A stretch of 64,000 nt of DNA, taken from NCBI GenBank assembly GCA_963666565.1, contig OY762911.1, positions 3,232,001 to 3,296,000 of the forward strand, in the 5' to 3' direction. The DNA is from Thermoanaerobaculia bacterium (GTDB lineage Bacteria > Acidobacteriota > Thermoanaerobaculia > Multivoradales > Multivoraceae). The notes beneath the pieces are model-generated. The model ran no database searches. It was not told the origin of the DNA and saw only the letters and a list, made by a program, of their open reading frames with translations. The position numbers were made by a program, and so were the translations under genes. This document shows positions 8,345 through 17,399 of this stretch, one piece after another; the first letter of the stretch is position 1; the number at the start of each line of letters is the position of its first letter.

Positions 8345-8620
8345 CCGTGGTGCCGGAGGCGGGAGTCGAACCCGCATGGCCTAAGAGGGGCGCGGGAACG
8401 GGGCAAGTCCCCGCAGGGGACGTGCATGGCCGGGAGCCGTGGTGCCGGAGGCGGGAGTCGAACCCGCATGCCCTCAGAGAGGCGCGGGAACGGGGCAAGT
8501 CCCCGCAGGGGACATGCATGGCCGGGAGCCGTGGTGCCGGAGGCGGGAGTCGAACCCGCATGCCCTAAGAGGGGCGCGGGAACGGGGCAAGTCCCCGCAG
8601 GGGACATGCATGGCCGGGAG
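8345..8620 (-). repeat. three tandem 92-bp units, each containing the 3' ~45 nt of tRNA-Leu (tRNA-linked repeat)
   Basis: CCGTGGTGCCGGAGGCGGGAGTCGAACCCGCATG begins at 8345, 8437, 8529 and 8621 (the last is the real tRNA end). Confidence 0.95.
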
Positions 8621-8623
8621 CCG

Positions 8624-8712
8624 TGGTGCCGGAGGCGGGAGTCGAACCCGCATGCCCTCAGAGAGGGCGGAGGATTTTAAGTCCCCTGCGTCTGCCGTTC
8701 CGCCACTCCGGC
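8624..8712 (-). tRNA. tRNA-Leu(TAA)
   Basis: GCCGGAG acceptor, GGGGA-CTTAAAA-TCCTC anticodon arm, long variable arm, GGTTCGACTCC, CCA. Confidence 0.96.
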
Positions 8713-8735
8713 TCTTGCGGCACCAACGGGAAGTC

Positions 8736-8810
8736 TGGAGGCGACGGCCGGATTCGAACCGGCGAATAAGGGTTTTGCAGACCCTCGCCTTACCACTTGG
8801 CCACGTCGCC
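8736..8810 (-). tRNA. tRNA-Cys(GCA)
   Basis: GGCGACGTGGCCAAGTGGTAAGGC..CTGCAAA..GGTTCGAATCC..CCA. Confidence 0.97.
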
Positions 8811-8852
8811 TCTGAGGGACTTCGCCGCCGGTCGCGCCCGGCATGGATCGCA

Positions 8853-8927
8853 TGGAGCGGGAAACGGGATTCGAACCCGCGACCCCAACCTTGGCAAGGT
8901 TGTGCTCTACCACTGAGCTATTCCCGC
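8853..8927 (-). tRNA. tRNA-Gly(GCC)
   Basis: GCGGGAATAGCTCAGTGGTAGAGC..TTGCCAA..GGTTCGAATCCC..CCA; classic Gly-Cys-Leu cluster. Confidence 0.97.
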
Positions 8928-9085
8928 GCCCGAGCGAACCGAACCGTGCAACCGGCGGGCCCTGAAGCCGCGAGGATACGGCCCTCCTCTGGACAGTGTC
9001 AACTCGCGGGCGGCTCCGGACCGCCGGGGGCGGCGCCGCCACCGGCGAGCGGCATCGTTCGCGGACGGTCGACCCGCCCGGCGGG

Positions 9086-9505
9086 TCAGAGCCAACTTCG
9101 GCGACCGGCGTCGTCCACCGTGAAGGCGTCCCGAAAGTGGGTGAAGGTCCAGGCGCCCTCGTCCTCCGACCAAGTCGCGGCGACCACGTCGAAACGGCAG
9201 GGGCCGTGCCGGAGCGCCGACCGCTCCGGCTGGCAGAGGAAGGCCTCGGCGGCCCGGACCAGGCGGCCGCGCTTGCGGCGGTCGACCGCCGCGGCGCCGC
9301 CGCCGAAGCGCGGGTCGAACCGCGCCTTGACCTCGACGAAGCAGAGCGTGGCGCCGTCCATCGTGATCAGGTCGATCTCGCCGACCGGCGAGTCGAAGTT
9401 CCGCTCGAGGATCCGGTGGCCGCCGGCGCGCAGCAGTTCCGCGGCCGCGTCTTCGGCCTCCGCGCCGCTCAGGCGCGGCGGCGATTCCCGCCCGGCGCGC
9501 GCCAT
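9086..9505 (-). CDS. YraN/UPF0102 family protein
   Basis: GAEAEDAA, ILERNF, GEIDLI, FVEVKAR, RFDVV. Confidence 0.93.
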   Translation of the reverse strand: MARAGRESPPRLSGAEAEDAAAELLRAGGHRILERNFDSPVGEIDLITMDGATLCFVEVKARFDPRFGGGAAAVDRRKRGRLVRAAEAFLCQPERSALRHGPCRFDVVAATWSEDEGAWTFTHFRDAFTVDDAGRRSWL

Positions 9506-9515
9506 CGCCGCCGGC

Positions 9516-10934
9516 TCAGGACCGCTTCCAGCGGCTGCCGCCGGGCGCGTCCTCCACGACGACTCCGGCCTCGGCCAGTTCGTCGCGGATGCGGTCGGCG
9601 GCGGCGAAGTCGCGCGCCGCCCTCGCCTCGCTCCTCGCTTCGACCAGGGCGTCGATCTCGGCGTCGCTCAGGCCGCCTTCCCCGTCCACGGCGCCGGCGG
9701 CGTCCACCCAGGTGCCGGCGTCCAGCACCGCCAGCACCTCGTCGGCCCGGTCCAGGACGCCTTCCACCCGCGACCGGGCGCCGGCAGGCAGGCCGCGGTC
9801 GATCGTGCCGTTCACCTCGTGGACGAAGGTGAAGACCGCGCCCAGGGCGGCGGACGTGTTCAGGTCGTCCGCCAAAGCCGCGGCAAAGGCGCTCTCGAAC
9901 TCGCCGGCGGCCCGCTCCAGCGGCGCCGGGTCGGCCCCGTTCTCGGGCGCGTGGGCGAGCCGGAAGCGCATGTCGTCGACGCGCTTGAGCGCGCGTCCGG
10001 CCTCCGCGACCTTGTCGAACGTGAAGTCCAGTTGCTGGCGGTAGTGCACCGAGATCAGCAGGTAGCGGATCGAGCGGGCGGAGAGGCCGCGGCCGGCGAG
10101 ATCGCCCATCGTGTAGCAGTTGCCGAGCGACTTGGACATCTTCTCGCCGTCGACCGTCAGGTGCTCCGAGTGGAGCCAGTAGCGGGCAAGCGCGCAGCCG
10201 TTCGCCGACTCGCTCTGGGCGATCTCGTTCTCGTGGTGCGGGAAGAGGTTGTCGACGCCGCCGCAGTGGATGTCGAAGGTCGTCCCCAAGTACTTCTGGC
10301 TCATCGCCGAGCACTCGATGTGCCAGCCCGGCCGTCCCGGCCCCCAGGGCGACGGCCACTCCGGCTCGCCCTCCTTGGCGCCCTTCCAGAGGACGAAATC
10401 GCGCGCGTCCTCCTTGCCGTACTCGTCGCTCCGGACCCGTTCTCCCTGACGCACCTGTTCGACGTCGATGCCGGAGAGCTTCCCGTAGTCCTCGTCCGCG
10501 GCGATGCGGAAGAACACCGAGTCGTCGGCCCGGTACGCGTAACCCTCGTCCAGCAACCGCTCGATCATGGCGATCATCTCGGCGACGTGCCCGGTGGCCC
10601 GCGGATAGTGTTCCACGGGTTCGACGCGGAGTGCGGCCAGATCCTCGAAGAAGGAGTCGACGTGGGGCGCCGTGAAGTCGCCGATGTCGACCCCGGCCTC
10701 AAGCGCCGCGGCGATGATCTTGTCCTCCACGTCGGTCAGGTTCATCGCCTGGGTCACCCGGTAGCCGAAGTACCGGAGTGTCCGCCGCAGCACGTCCTCG
10801 AACAGGAACGTGCGCAGGTTGCCGATGTGGACCCGGTCGTAGACCGTCGGTCCGCAGGTGTAGAGGCGGACCTGGCCCGGCTCGAGGGGCTCGAACTCCT
10901 GCAGGCGCCGACCGAGGGAGTTGAACAGTTTCAC
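9516..10934 (-). CDS. cysS: cysteine--tRNA ligase
   Basis: CGPTVY, HIGN, PGWHIECSAM, KMSKSLGN. Confidence 0.98.
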   Translation of the reverse strand: MKLFNSLGRRLQEFEPLEPGQVRLYTCGPTVYDRVHIGNLRTFLFEDVLRRTLRYFGYRVTQAMNLTDVEDKIIAAALEAGVDIGDFTAPHVDSFFEDLAALRVEPVEHYPRATGHVAEMIAMIERLLDEGYAYRADDSVFFRIAADEDYGKLSGIDVEQVRQGERVRSDEYGKEDARDFVLWKGAKEGEPEWPSPWGPGRPGWHIECSAMSQKYLGTTFDIHCGGVDNLFPHHENEIAQSESANGCALARYWLHSEHLTVDGEKMSKSLGNCYTMGDLAGRGLSARSIRYLLISVHYRQQLDFTFDKVAEAGRALKRVDDMRFRLAHAPENGADPAPLERAAGEFESAFAAALADDLNTSAALGAVFTFVHEVNGTIDRGLPAGARSRVEGVLDRADEVLAVLDAGTWVDAAGAVDGEGGLSDAEIDALVEARSEARAARDFAAADRIRDELAEAGVVVEDAPGGSRWKRS

Positions 10935-11124
10935 GGGGCTTCGGCGGCGGGAATGAGCGGTCGGGCGTGGGCCGCCGACAGTAGCAATGCGCGCCGGCTG
11001 CGGTCCAGAACGGAGATGCGCGGCGGTGGCTGAGGCGGGTCGGCCGCCCGCGCACGCCCGGATGCGGGCGGTGAAGTCGCGGCCGACGATCGGCAGGCTC
11101 TCGGGCGCCCGCGCACGCCCGGAT

Positions 11125-11153
11125 GCGGGTCAGAGGACCCGCGCACCCAGCGG
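11125..11153 (+). repeat. REP-like palindrome copy, preceded by duplicated CGCCCGCGCACGCCCGGATGCGGG
   Basis: Matches the family consensus. Confidence 0.8.
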
Positions 11154-11164
11154 CGGGCGCGGCG

Positions 11165-11686
11165 TCAGAGGTTGATCGTGACGGTCCCGCCGAGCCACTT
11201 CAGAGCCAGCCGGTCGCCGAAGCTGTCGAACGCCGCCTCGTCGCCGAACTCGAAGCGGCCGCTGCCGTTCGCGGTCGCGCTGAAGCGGGCGACGAGGATC
11301 GTGGCCCCGCCCGACAGGCCGGCGACCGGTCCCAGGTGCGTGGCGCCCACGAGAAGCCGGCCGGTTCCCGCCTCCCGGACCTCCAGGCTGGGGAACGCGC
11401 CGCCGTCGTGGCTCTCGTAGCGGAGCAGGTTGGCGGGAAACAGGAGCTCGAAGCTCAGGCCGTAGAGGTCCTCGACGGCGGCGGCGTACACCTCGATCTC
11501 CAGCGTCGAGCCGGTGGCGGCGCCCCGCAGCGCGATCGCCGCATCGGCCGGCGCCGCGGCCGAAAAGTCGACTCCCCTGGCCGGCGGCGGGGGCGACGGC
11601 GACGGAGCGGTGGGGCTCCCTCCCCCGCCGTTACAGGCGAAGGCGGCAAGCGAGGCGGCGACCGTCGCTGCAACCGGAAGGCGCAC
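11165..11686 (-). CDS. lipoprotein with cohesin-like domain
   Basis: Lipobox LAAFAC, Pro-rich linker, DLYGLSFELLFPANLLRY..GSGRFEF pattern typical of cohesin-like beta-sandwiches. Confidence 0.65.
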   Translation of the reverse strand: MRLPVAATVAASLAAFACNGGGGSPTAPSPSPPPPARGVDFSAAAPADAAIALRGAATGSTLEIEVYAAAVEDLYGLSFELLFPANLLRYESHDGGAFPSLEVREAGTGRLLVGATHLGPVAGLSGGATILVARFSATANGSGRFEFGDEAAFDSFGDRLALKWLGGTVTINL

Positions 11687-11710
11687 GGATCGCGGCCGCC
11701 GGACCCGGTC

Positions 11711-12238
11711 TCAGGCGCCGCCGGCGACCGCCGGCTCGGGCGCGCGCAGGCGGCGGAGGAAGCTCCTGGCGCGCTGCCGGCGCAGACCCCGCAGGCGGTC
11801 CACGAACAGGATGCCGTCGAGGTGGTCCAGCTCGTGCTGGATCGCTCGCGCTTCGAGCCCCTCGGCCTCGAACTCGCGGCGATTCCCGTCCAGGTCCAGG
11901 GCGGCCACGCGAACGGCGGCCGGGCGCGTGACCCGATCGGTGAAGTCGGGAATCGAAAGGCACCCCTCGGTATCCGTGTCGACGCCCGCGGAATCGAGGA
12001 TCTCCGGGTTGACCAGCACCCGGACCGCCTCCGGGTCCACCCCCGCCGTGGCGTCCACCACCGCGACCCGCAGCTCGACGCCGACCTGCGGCGCCGCGAG
12101 CCCGACGCCCGGTGCGTCGTGCATCGTGTCGATCATGTCCCGGACCAGCCGGTTCAGGTCGGGACCGAACTCCCGGACGGGGGCGCACTCGACCCGCAGC
12201 ACGGGATCCGGGTAGAGGCGAATGGCGAGCAGGGACAT
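11711..12238 (-). CDS. def: peptide deformylase
   Basis: GVGLAAPQVG, EGCLS, QHELDHLDG. Confidence 0.98.
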   Translation of the reverse strand: MSLLAIRLYPDPVLRVECAPVREFGPDLNRLVRDMIDTMHDAPGVGLAAPQVGVELRVAVVDATAGVDPEAVRVLVNPEILDSAGVDTDTEGCLSIPDFTDRVTRPAAVRVAALDLDGNRREFEAEGLEARAIQHELDHLDGILFVDRLRGLRRQRARSFLRRLRAPEPAVAGGA

Positions 12239-12348
12239 GACGTGCGCGGCGGGCCGGTGCGGGGCGGCGCAATCATACGGAACGGAAAGGCGGCGGGCCG
12301 GGCGTCCACTGCAGATGACAAGGCGTCCTCACGGCGGCGCCGGCCTCT

Positions 12349-12565
12349 CCGCTGGGTGCGCGGGTCTTCCGACCCGCCCCACGGGTGGCGCCGCGGAGCG
12401 GCGCAGCCCGAACAACAGGGCCGCTCGGCCGGTGACGATGTCCGCAGGCCGCCTTCGGCGGCAAGCGGGTCAGAAGACCCGCGCACCCGGTGGGCCGGAA
12501 GACCCGCGCACCCGGTGGGCCGGAAGACCCGCGCACCCGGTGGGCCGGAAGACCCGCGCACCCGG
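12349..12565. repeat. REP-like cluster: one inverted copy (12349-12377) plus a 25-bp tandem array of four cores (12451-12565)
   Basis: GAAGACCCGCGCACCCGGTGGGCCG repeated with period 25. Confidence 0.92.
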
Positions 12566-12568
12566 CAC

Positions 12569-12584
12569 TGGCACGCGGATTGCT
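12569..12584 (+). promoter_or_regulatory. sigma-54 (-24/-12) promoter
   Basis: TGGCAC-GCGGA-TTGCT matches TGGCAC-N5-TTGCW, ~55 nt upstream of the ATG at 12639. Confidence 0.8.
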
Positions 12585-12638
12585 CCAAGCCTGCGAGTGG
12601 TAGTTTCCATCCGTTCCGAACCCGTGGGGGACCGAGAG

Positions 12639-14933
12639 ATGAGACATCCGTTCCTGACCGTCGTCCTTGCCGTTCCGATCGCTGTCCTCGCGGCGGGCGC
12701 CGCCGGCGCCGTCAACACGCCGGGCCAGGGCCAGACCGAGGGCCTCGGCGGCGTCTACAGCTTCGTCGGCGCGCTGGAAGGGGACGCCACCCTGTTCGCG
12801 GCCCGTTCCGGCGCCCGGAGCGAACTCGAGCTTCACCTGCCGATCCTGCGCGGCGACCGGGTCTGGACGACTCCGGGCGCGCGGCTCGCAGTGCTCATGT
12901 CGGACCGTTCGATCCTGGCCCTGGACTACGACACGGAGGTGACCCTGGAACGGATCGCCGGATCGCCGGACGGCGAGGACCGCGACTCGCTCTACGTCCT
13001 CCACCGGGGCCGTTTGAGCCTGGAGGTCGAGGACCGCCTGCTCGATGCGGAACTGCCGGCGGTGGATACGGCCAACGCCAGGATCTACATGAAGCAGGGC
13101 GGCCGCTACCAGGTCCACAGCGACGGAGACCGCTGGACGGAGGTGACGGTCCTGACCGGCTTCACGGAGGTCGTGACGCAGCGGGGTTCCGTGATCGTCC
13201 GCGGCGGCGAAACGCTGGTGGCGAACGGTCTCGACAATCCCTGGATCGAGCTCCAGAGCGGCGCGGCGGCGGCCGCCGCCATGCTCGACGATTGGACCGC
13301 GGGCCACCGCGCCCGTCTCGTCGCCTACGCCGGCGTCGATGCCGGCGCGTACGGCAACGCCCTGGACGCTCATGGCGACTGGGTGGAAGTGGACGATCGA
13401 AGGGCCTGGAAGCCGCGCGTCGCAGGCGACTGGCAGCCCTACAGCCGCGGCCGGTGGACGGACACTCCCGCCGGGCTCTACTGGGTGGCCCGGGATCCCT
13501 GGGGTCCGCTCCCCTACCACTACGGCAGTTGGTCCATGCATCCGGCCTGGGGATGGCTCTGGTACCCGGGCCTGGTCTATGCGCCCAGCCACGTCTACTG
13601 GTACTGGGGGCCGTCCTACGTCGGCTGGATCCCGAGCGGCTACTACCGGCACTACTACCGGGGCCTGGGTTTCGGCCTCCGCTTCGGCCTCTACGGCTGG
13701 GCCGGCGGCCTGTGGGATCCGTTCAACTCCTGGATCTTCTGCCCGAGCGGCTACCTGGGCTACGGCCGCGGTTACACGTACGGCCGTTCCCTGCGCCGCC
13801 ACCATCCGAAGCTGGAACGCGGCCTGATCACGACGGACACGCGCGGCATCGACCGCCGCAACTGGCACGATCCGACGAGGGCACAGCGGGCCCTGCTCGG
13901 ACGGCGCAGCGGACTGGCCGGGAGCGAACTTCCGGACGTCGACAGCTTCGTGGCGCGGGGCGGCGACCTGGACCCCGCCGTCCGGACGAGGATCGTGCGG
14001 AGCAAGCAGGATCCGCCGGCCGTCTCCGTGCGCCGCGTGCCCGTTCCGGGAAGCGGCGCGGGGGCGACGAGCGTCACGGCCGGCGGCGTCCGCGCGAAGC
14101 CGTCGAGCCCGGCGAGCGCCTCGGCCGGCGGCATCCGCGCCGCGCCTTCGGGACCCACGCGCGCGACGGCCGGCGGCATCCGCGCGGCGCCTTCGAGCCC
14201 GGCGGGACGGGCGGACGTCGTGCGTGACGGCGGCGCCGGGATCCGGCGGGCCGGACGCGCTCCCGCTACACGGGACGAGGACGGCGACACGGCCACGGGC
14301 ACGACGGTCACGAGAACCGTGCCGTCGAGTCCCGGCGCGGCGCCCGCGCCGAGCCGGCGGCCGACGCCCGGCCGCCGGGTTCTGGACGCGATTCGGAGCC
14401 GGGATGGCGCCGCGACTCCCACGCGGGTGAGGTCCGCGCCGAGGACCTCGACGCCCAAGGCCGCGCCGCCGACGCGGGTGCGCTCGACGACGCCCAGGAC
14501 CGTGACGCCCGGATCGGCCCCGCCCACGCGAGTCCGGTCGACGCCGAGGACCTCGACGCCGAGGTCGGCGCCGCCTACGCGAGTGCGGTCGACGCCGCGA
14601 GCCACCACGCCCAGGTCGGCGCCGCCCACGCGCGTGAGGTCGACGCCGAGAACCTCGACGCCCAAGGCCGCGCCGCCGACGCGGATCCGGTCCGTGCCGC
14701 GGAGTTCCACGCCCAGGGCGACTCCGACGCGGGTGCGGTCCACCCCGAGGAGTTCGTCCCCGAGGAGTTCCTCGCCCCGATCGTCTTCGGCGCCGCGGAG
14801 CTACTCTCCGCCGCCGTCGTCGAGCCCGTCGAGCTACTCTCCGCCTCCCAGTTCCTCGCCATCCTCTTCGTCGCCGCCGCCGTCGTCGCCCCCTTCGGGC
14901 GGCGGCGGGCAGACGCCTCCGTTCGGGTTCTGA
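12639..14933 (+). CDS. secreted FecR-domain / DUF6600-like protein with long Pro/Arg/Ser/Thr repeat tail
   Basis: Signal peptide; GDRVWT FecR-like domain; Trp/Tyr/Gly-rich WQPYSRGRW..PWGPLPYHYGSW segment; ~17-aa PTRVRSTPR repeats. Confidence 0.85.
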   Translation: MRHPFLTVVLAVPIAVLAAGAAGAVNTPGQGQTEGLGGVYSFVGALEGDATLFAARSGARSELELHLPILRGDRVWTTPGARLAVLMSDRSILALDYDTEVTLERIAGSPDGEDRDSLYVLHRGRLSLEVEDRLLDAELPAVDTANARIYMKQGGRYQVHSDGDRWTEVTVLTGFTEVVTQRGSVIVRGGETLVANGLDNPWIELQSGAAAAAAMLDDWTAGHRARLVAYAGVDAGAYGNALDAHGDWVEVDDRRAWKPRVAGDWQPYSRGRWTDTPAGLYWVARDPWGPLPYHYGSWSMHPAWGWLWYPGLVYAPSHVYWYWGPSYVGWIPSGYYRHYYRGLGFGLRFGLYGWAGGLWDPFNSWIFCPSGYLGYGRGYTYGRSLRRHHPKLERGLITTDTRGIDRRNWHDPTRAQRALLGRRSGLAGSELPDVDSFVARGGDLDPAVRTRIVRSKQDPPAVSVRRVPVPGSGAGATSVTAGGVRAKPSSPASASAGGIRAAPSGPTRATAGGIRAAPSSPAGRADVVRDGGAGIRRAGRAPATRDEDGDTATGTTVTRTVPSSPGAAPAPSRRPTPGRRVLDAIRSRDGAATPTRVRSAPRTSTPKAAPPTRVRSTTPRTVTPGSAPPTRVRSTPRTSTPRSAPPTRVRSTPRATTPRSAPPTRVRSTPRTSTPKAAPPTRIRSVPRSSTPRATPTRVRSTPRSSSPRSSSPRSSSAPRSYSPPPSSSPSSYSPPPSSSPSSSSPPPSSPPSGGGGQTPPFGF

Positions 14934-14970
14934 GCCGCGGCGCCCGCGGCCTGGAATCGCTCTCGCCGGG

Positions 14971-15654
14971 ATGGCCGGCAGCCGCCCCTCCGGGAACGCC
15001 GGCGACCGGCGCGGGCGGCGCACCGTGAAGGAACGCCCCGCGGTTCCTGCTCTCCTCGCGATCGGCGACCGGCGGCTTTTCCGCGACGACGGCGGACTCG
15101 CGGACTGGGCGCGGTCCCTCCCGTCCGGGATCGCGGTTCAGCTTCGGGAGAAGGACCTGGAGCGGGCCGACCTGGTCGATCTCGGCCGCGCTCTCCGCGC
15201 CGCGTTCGACGGCGTCCTGATCGTCAACGGCGATCTCGAGGTCGCCCTGGCCTGCGACGCCGACGGCGTCCACCTGCCCTCCGGCCAGCGGTGGCGGGAG
15301 GCCGGGCCGCGCGCCCGCGAGCGCGGCCTGCTGCTGGGAGTCTCCACGCACAGCCTGGAGGAACTCGAGGCCGCCGGGGAGATCGGCGCCGACTACGCCC
15401 TCTTCGGCCCCGTCTTCGACACGCCGGAGAAGCGGCGCTTCGGGCCGGCCCAGGGCCTGGAGCGGCTTCGTCGGGCCGCGGCCGCCGGCCTGCCGGTGCT
15501 TGCCGTGGGCGGCGTCGATGCGGGCGCCGCGGCTTCGCTCGCGCGCGCCGGGGCGCACGGCGTGGCGGCGATCAGGGCCTTCGCCGAACCCCGCGCGACG
15601 GCGGAGCTCCGGGACGCCTGGCTCGAAGCGGCTGGTACGATCCCGGCGCCGTGA
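14971..15654 (+). CDS. thiE: thiamine-phosphate synthase (ThiE/TenI family); start may be GTG 15025
   Basis: VQLREKDL, DGVHL, GVSTHS, GPVFDTPEK, LAVGGV. Confidence 0.85.
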   Translation: MAGSRPSGNAGDRRGRRTVKERPAVPALLAIGDRRLFRDDGGLADWARSLPSGIAVQLREKDLERADLVDLGRALRAAFDGVLIVNGDLEVALACDADGVHLPSGQRWREAGPRARERGLLLGVSTHSLEELEAAGEIGADYALFGPVFDTPEKRRFGPAQGLERLRRAAAAGLPVLAVGGVDAGAAASLARAGAHGVAAIRAFAEPRATAELRDAWLEAAGTIPAP

Positions 15655-15793
15655 GACAGAGCGACGGACACGCCCATCGCGACGGCGGCGCCCGGCGCCG
15701 TCTCCCCGACTCCTCGCCACGGAGTACGCCGAACCGGCGCGAGAGAGAACGTGGCGCCGCGGCGAGCGCATCCGCGCCCGCAGCAGGAGATCG

Positions 15794-16330
15794 GTGAACG
15801 TGCGGGCCAGGTTCCTGGTCGTCTCGGCCCTGGTTCTCGCGCTCGACCAGTGGACCAAGCTCTGGATCGAGGCCACCCTCGATCTGCACGAGCGCTTGCC
15901 GGTCGTGCCGGGGTTCTTCGATCTGGTTCACGTTCAGAACACCGGCATCGCCTTCGGCCTGTTTCCGGCCGGGCGCGAACTTGCCGGCACCCTGGTCCTG
16001 ATCGGCCTCGGCCTGGCCGCGCTCGCCATCGTCGCCTTCTACTTCCGGATGACCTCCGACGACGAACCGCTGCTGCTCCTCTCGCTGTCCCTGGTCCTGG
16101 GCGGCGCGGTCGGCAACCTGGTGGACCGCATCCTGCTGCGGGCGGTGACGGACTTCCTGGACGTCTACGTCGGCACGCACCACTGGCCGGCCTTCAACGT
16201 GGCCGACAGCGGGGTCACGGTCGGCATCGTCCTGATGCTCGCCCACAGCTTCCTGCCGTCGCTGCGAAACCGCGCCAGCGAAGCCGGAGCGCGCCGGAGC
16301 GGGCTGGTCCGCGCCGGTACGCCGGAGTGA
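15794..16330 (+). CDS. lspA: lipoprotein signal peptidase II
   Basis: LDQWTK, NTGIAFG, GGAVGNLVDR, VTDFL, WPAFNVADS; AGGAGA before GTG 15794. Confidence 0.97.
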   Translation: MNVRARFLVVSALVLALDQWTKLWIEATLDLHERLPVVPGFFDLVHVQNTGIAFGLFPAGRELAGTLVLIGLGLAALAIVAFYFRMTSDDEPLLLLSLSLVLGGAVGNLVDRILLRAVTDFLDVYVGTHHWPAFNVADSGVTVGIVLMLAHSFLPSLRNRASEAGARRSGLVRAGTPE

Positions 16331-16355
16331 CGCCGGCGCCCCGGCCGGGCGCTCG

Positions 16356-17399
16356 ATGACTCGCGGGCCGAGCGGTTCGCGGGCGGGCGAGCGCGGCGCC
16401 CCGCCGAAGGCGCCGGTCCCGGCGGCGGACCAGCGCGTCACGCGGCTGCGGGCGCCGGCCTCGGCGGCCGGCGAGCGAGTCGACGTCCATCTGGCGCGGG
16501 TGCTGGACCAGCCCCGCAACCGGGTTCGGGGACTCCTACGCCGCGGCCTGGTGACGGCCGGCGGCGCCGCGCTGAAGCCCTCGTACCTGCTGCGGGGCGG
16601 CGAGGAGATCGTCTGCCGGCAGCCGCCGCCTCCGCCCGACGGGCCCCTTGCCGAGGCCGGTCCGCTTCCGGTGATCCACGAGGACGAGGAACTGCTGGTC
16701 GTGGACAAGCCGGCGGGCCTGATCGTCCATCCCGGCAGCGGCGTCTCCGGCGGCACTCTGGTCAACCGGCTGCTCCACCACCGGCCCGGCGTCGCCGGAG
16801 TGGGGTCGGCGGAGCGGCCCGGCATCGTCCATCGTCTGGACGCCGGCACCAGCGGCGTCCTGGCCGTGGCGTGCAGCGACGCGGCGTACCGGCGCCTGAG
16901 CCGCGCCTTCGCCGAGCGGCGCGTCGGCAAGACCTACCTGGCCGTGGTCCACGGCCGGCCCGAACCGGCCGAGGGGGAGGTCGACCTGCCGATCGGCCGC
17001 GACCGTGCGGTGCGCACCCGGATGGCCGTGGTGGACCTCTCCAGAGGCGGCCGCCCGGCGGTCAGCCGCTACCGCGTGGTGGCGGCGACGCCCGGCGTTT
17101 CCCTGCTGGAACTGAGGATCCTGACCGGCAGAACGCACCAGATCCGGGTCCACTGCAAGGCGATCGGGCATCCCCTGGTCGGCGACCCGGTCTACGGCGA
17201 GTCCCGCTGGCGGAACCTCGAACCGTCCCTGCGCCGCCCGGTCCGCGAGTTCCCGCGGCCGGCCCTCCACGCGCTCCGGCTCACTCTGCCCGGCGACGAC
17301 GGGGACTCTCCCCGTACCTTCACCGCCCCCGTGCCCGAGGACCTGAGGGCCCTGTGCGCGGCGTGCCGGCTGGACCGAGGCCTCCCAGACGCCGGTTAG
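16356..17399 (+). CDS. rluD: RluA/RluD family pseudouridine synthase
   Basis: S4 domain, VDKPAGLIVHP, HRLDAGTSG, TGRTHQIRVH, GDPVYG. Confidence 0.93.
   Translation: MTRGPSGSRAGERGAPPKAPVPAADQRVTRLRAPASAAGERVDVHLARVLDQPRNRVRGLLRRGLVTAGGAALKPSYLLRGGEEIVCRQPPPPPDGPLAEAGPLPVIHEDEELLVVDKPAGLIVHPGSGVSGGTLVNRLLHHRPGVAGVGSAERPGIVHRLDAGTSGVLAVACSDAAYRRLSRAFAERRVGKTYLAVVHGRPEPAEGEVDLPIGRDRAVRTRMAVVDLSRGGRPAVSRYRVVAATPGVSLLELRILTGRTHQIRVHCKAIGHPLVGDPVYGESRWRNLEPSLRRPVREFPRPALHALRLTLPGDDGDSPRTFTAPVPEDLRALCAACRLDRGLPDAG

Noticed and set aside
8345-8620. Three additional functional tRNA genes
   Set aside because: Units lack the 5' acceptor strand (GCCGGAG) and a D-arm.
8345-8660. CRISPR array
   Set aside because: Inter-repeat segments are near-identical rather than unique spacers, the repeat is tRNA-derived, and there are no cas genes.
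7945-8680. ORFs of 77-220 aa running through the tRNA repeats (8607, 8561, 8222, 8335 starts)
   Set aside because: Translations of the repeat and tRNA; the SD-supported start is 8151.
12451-12565. CRISPR array
   Set aside because: Head-to-tail 25-bp units with no spacers; part of the dispersed REP-like family.
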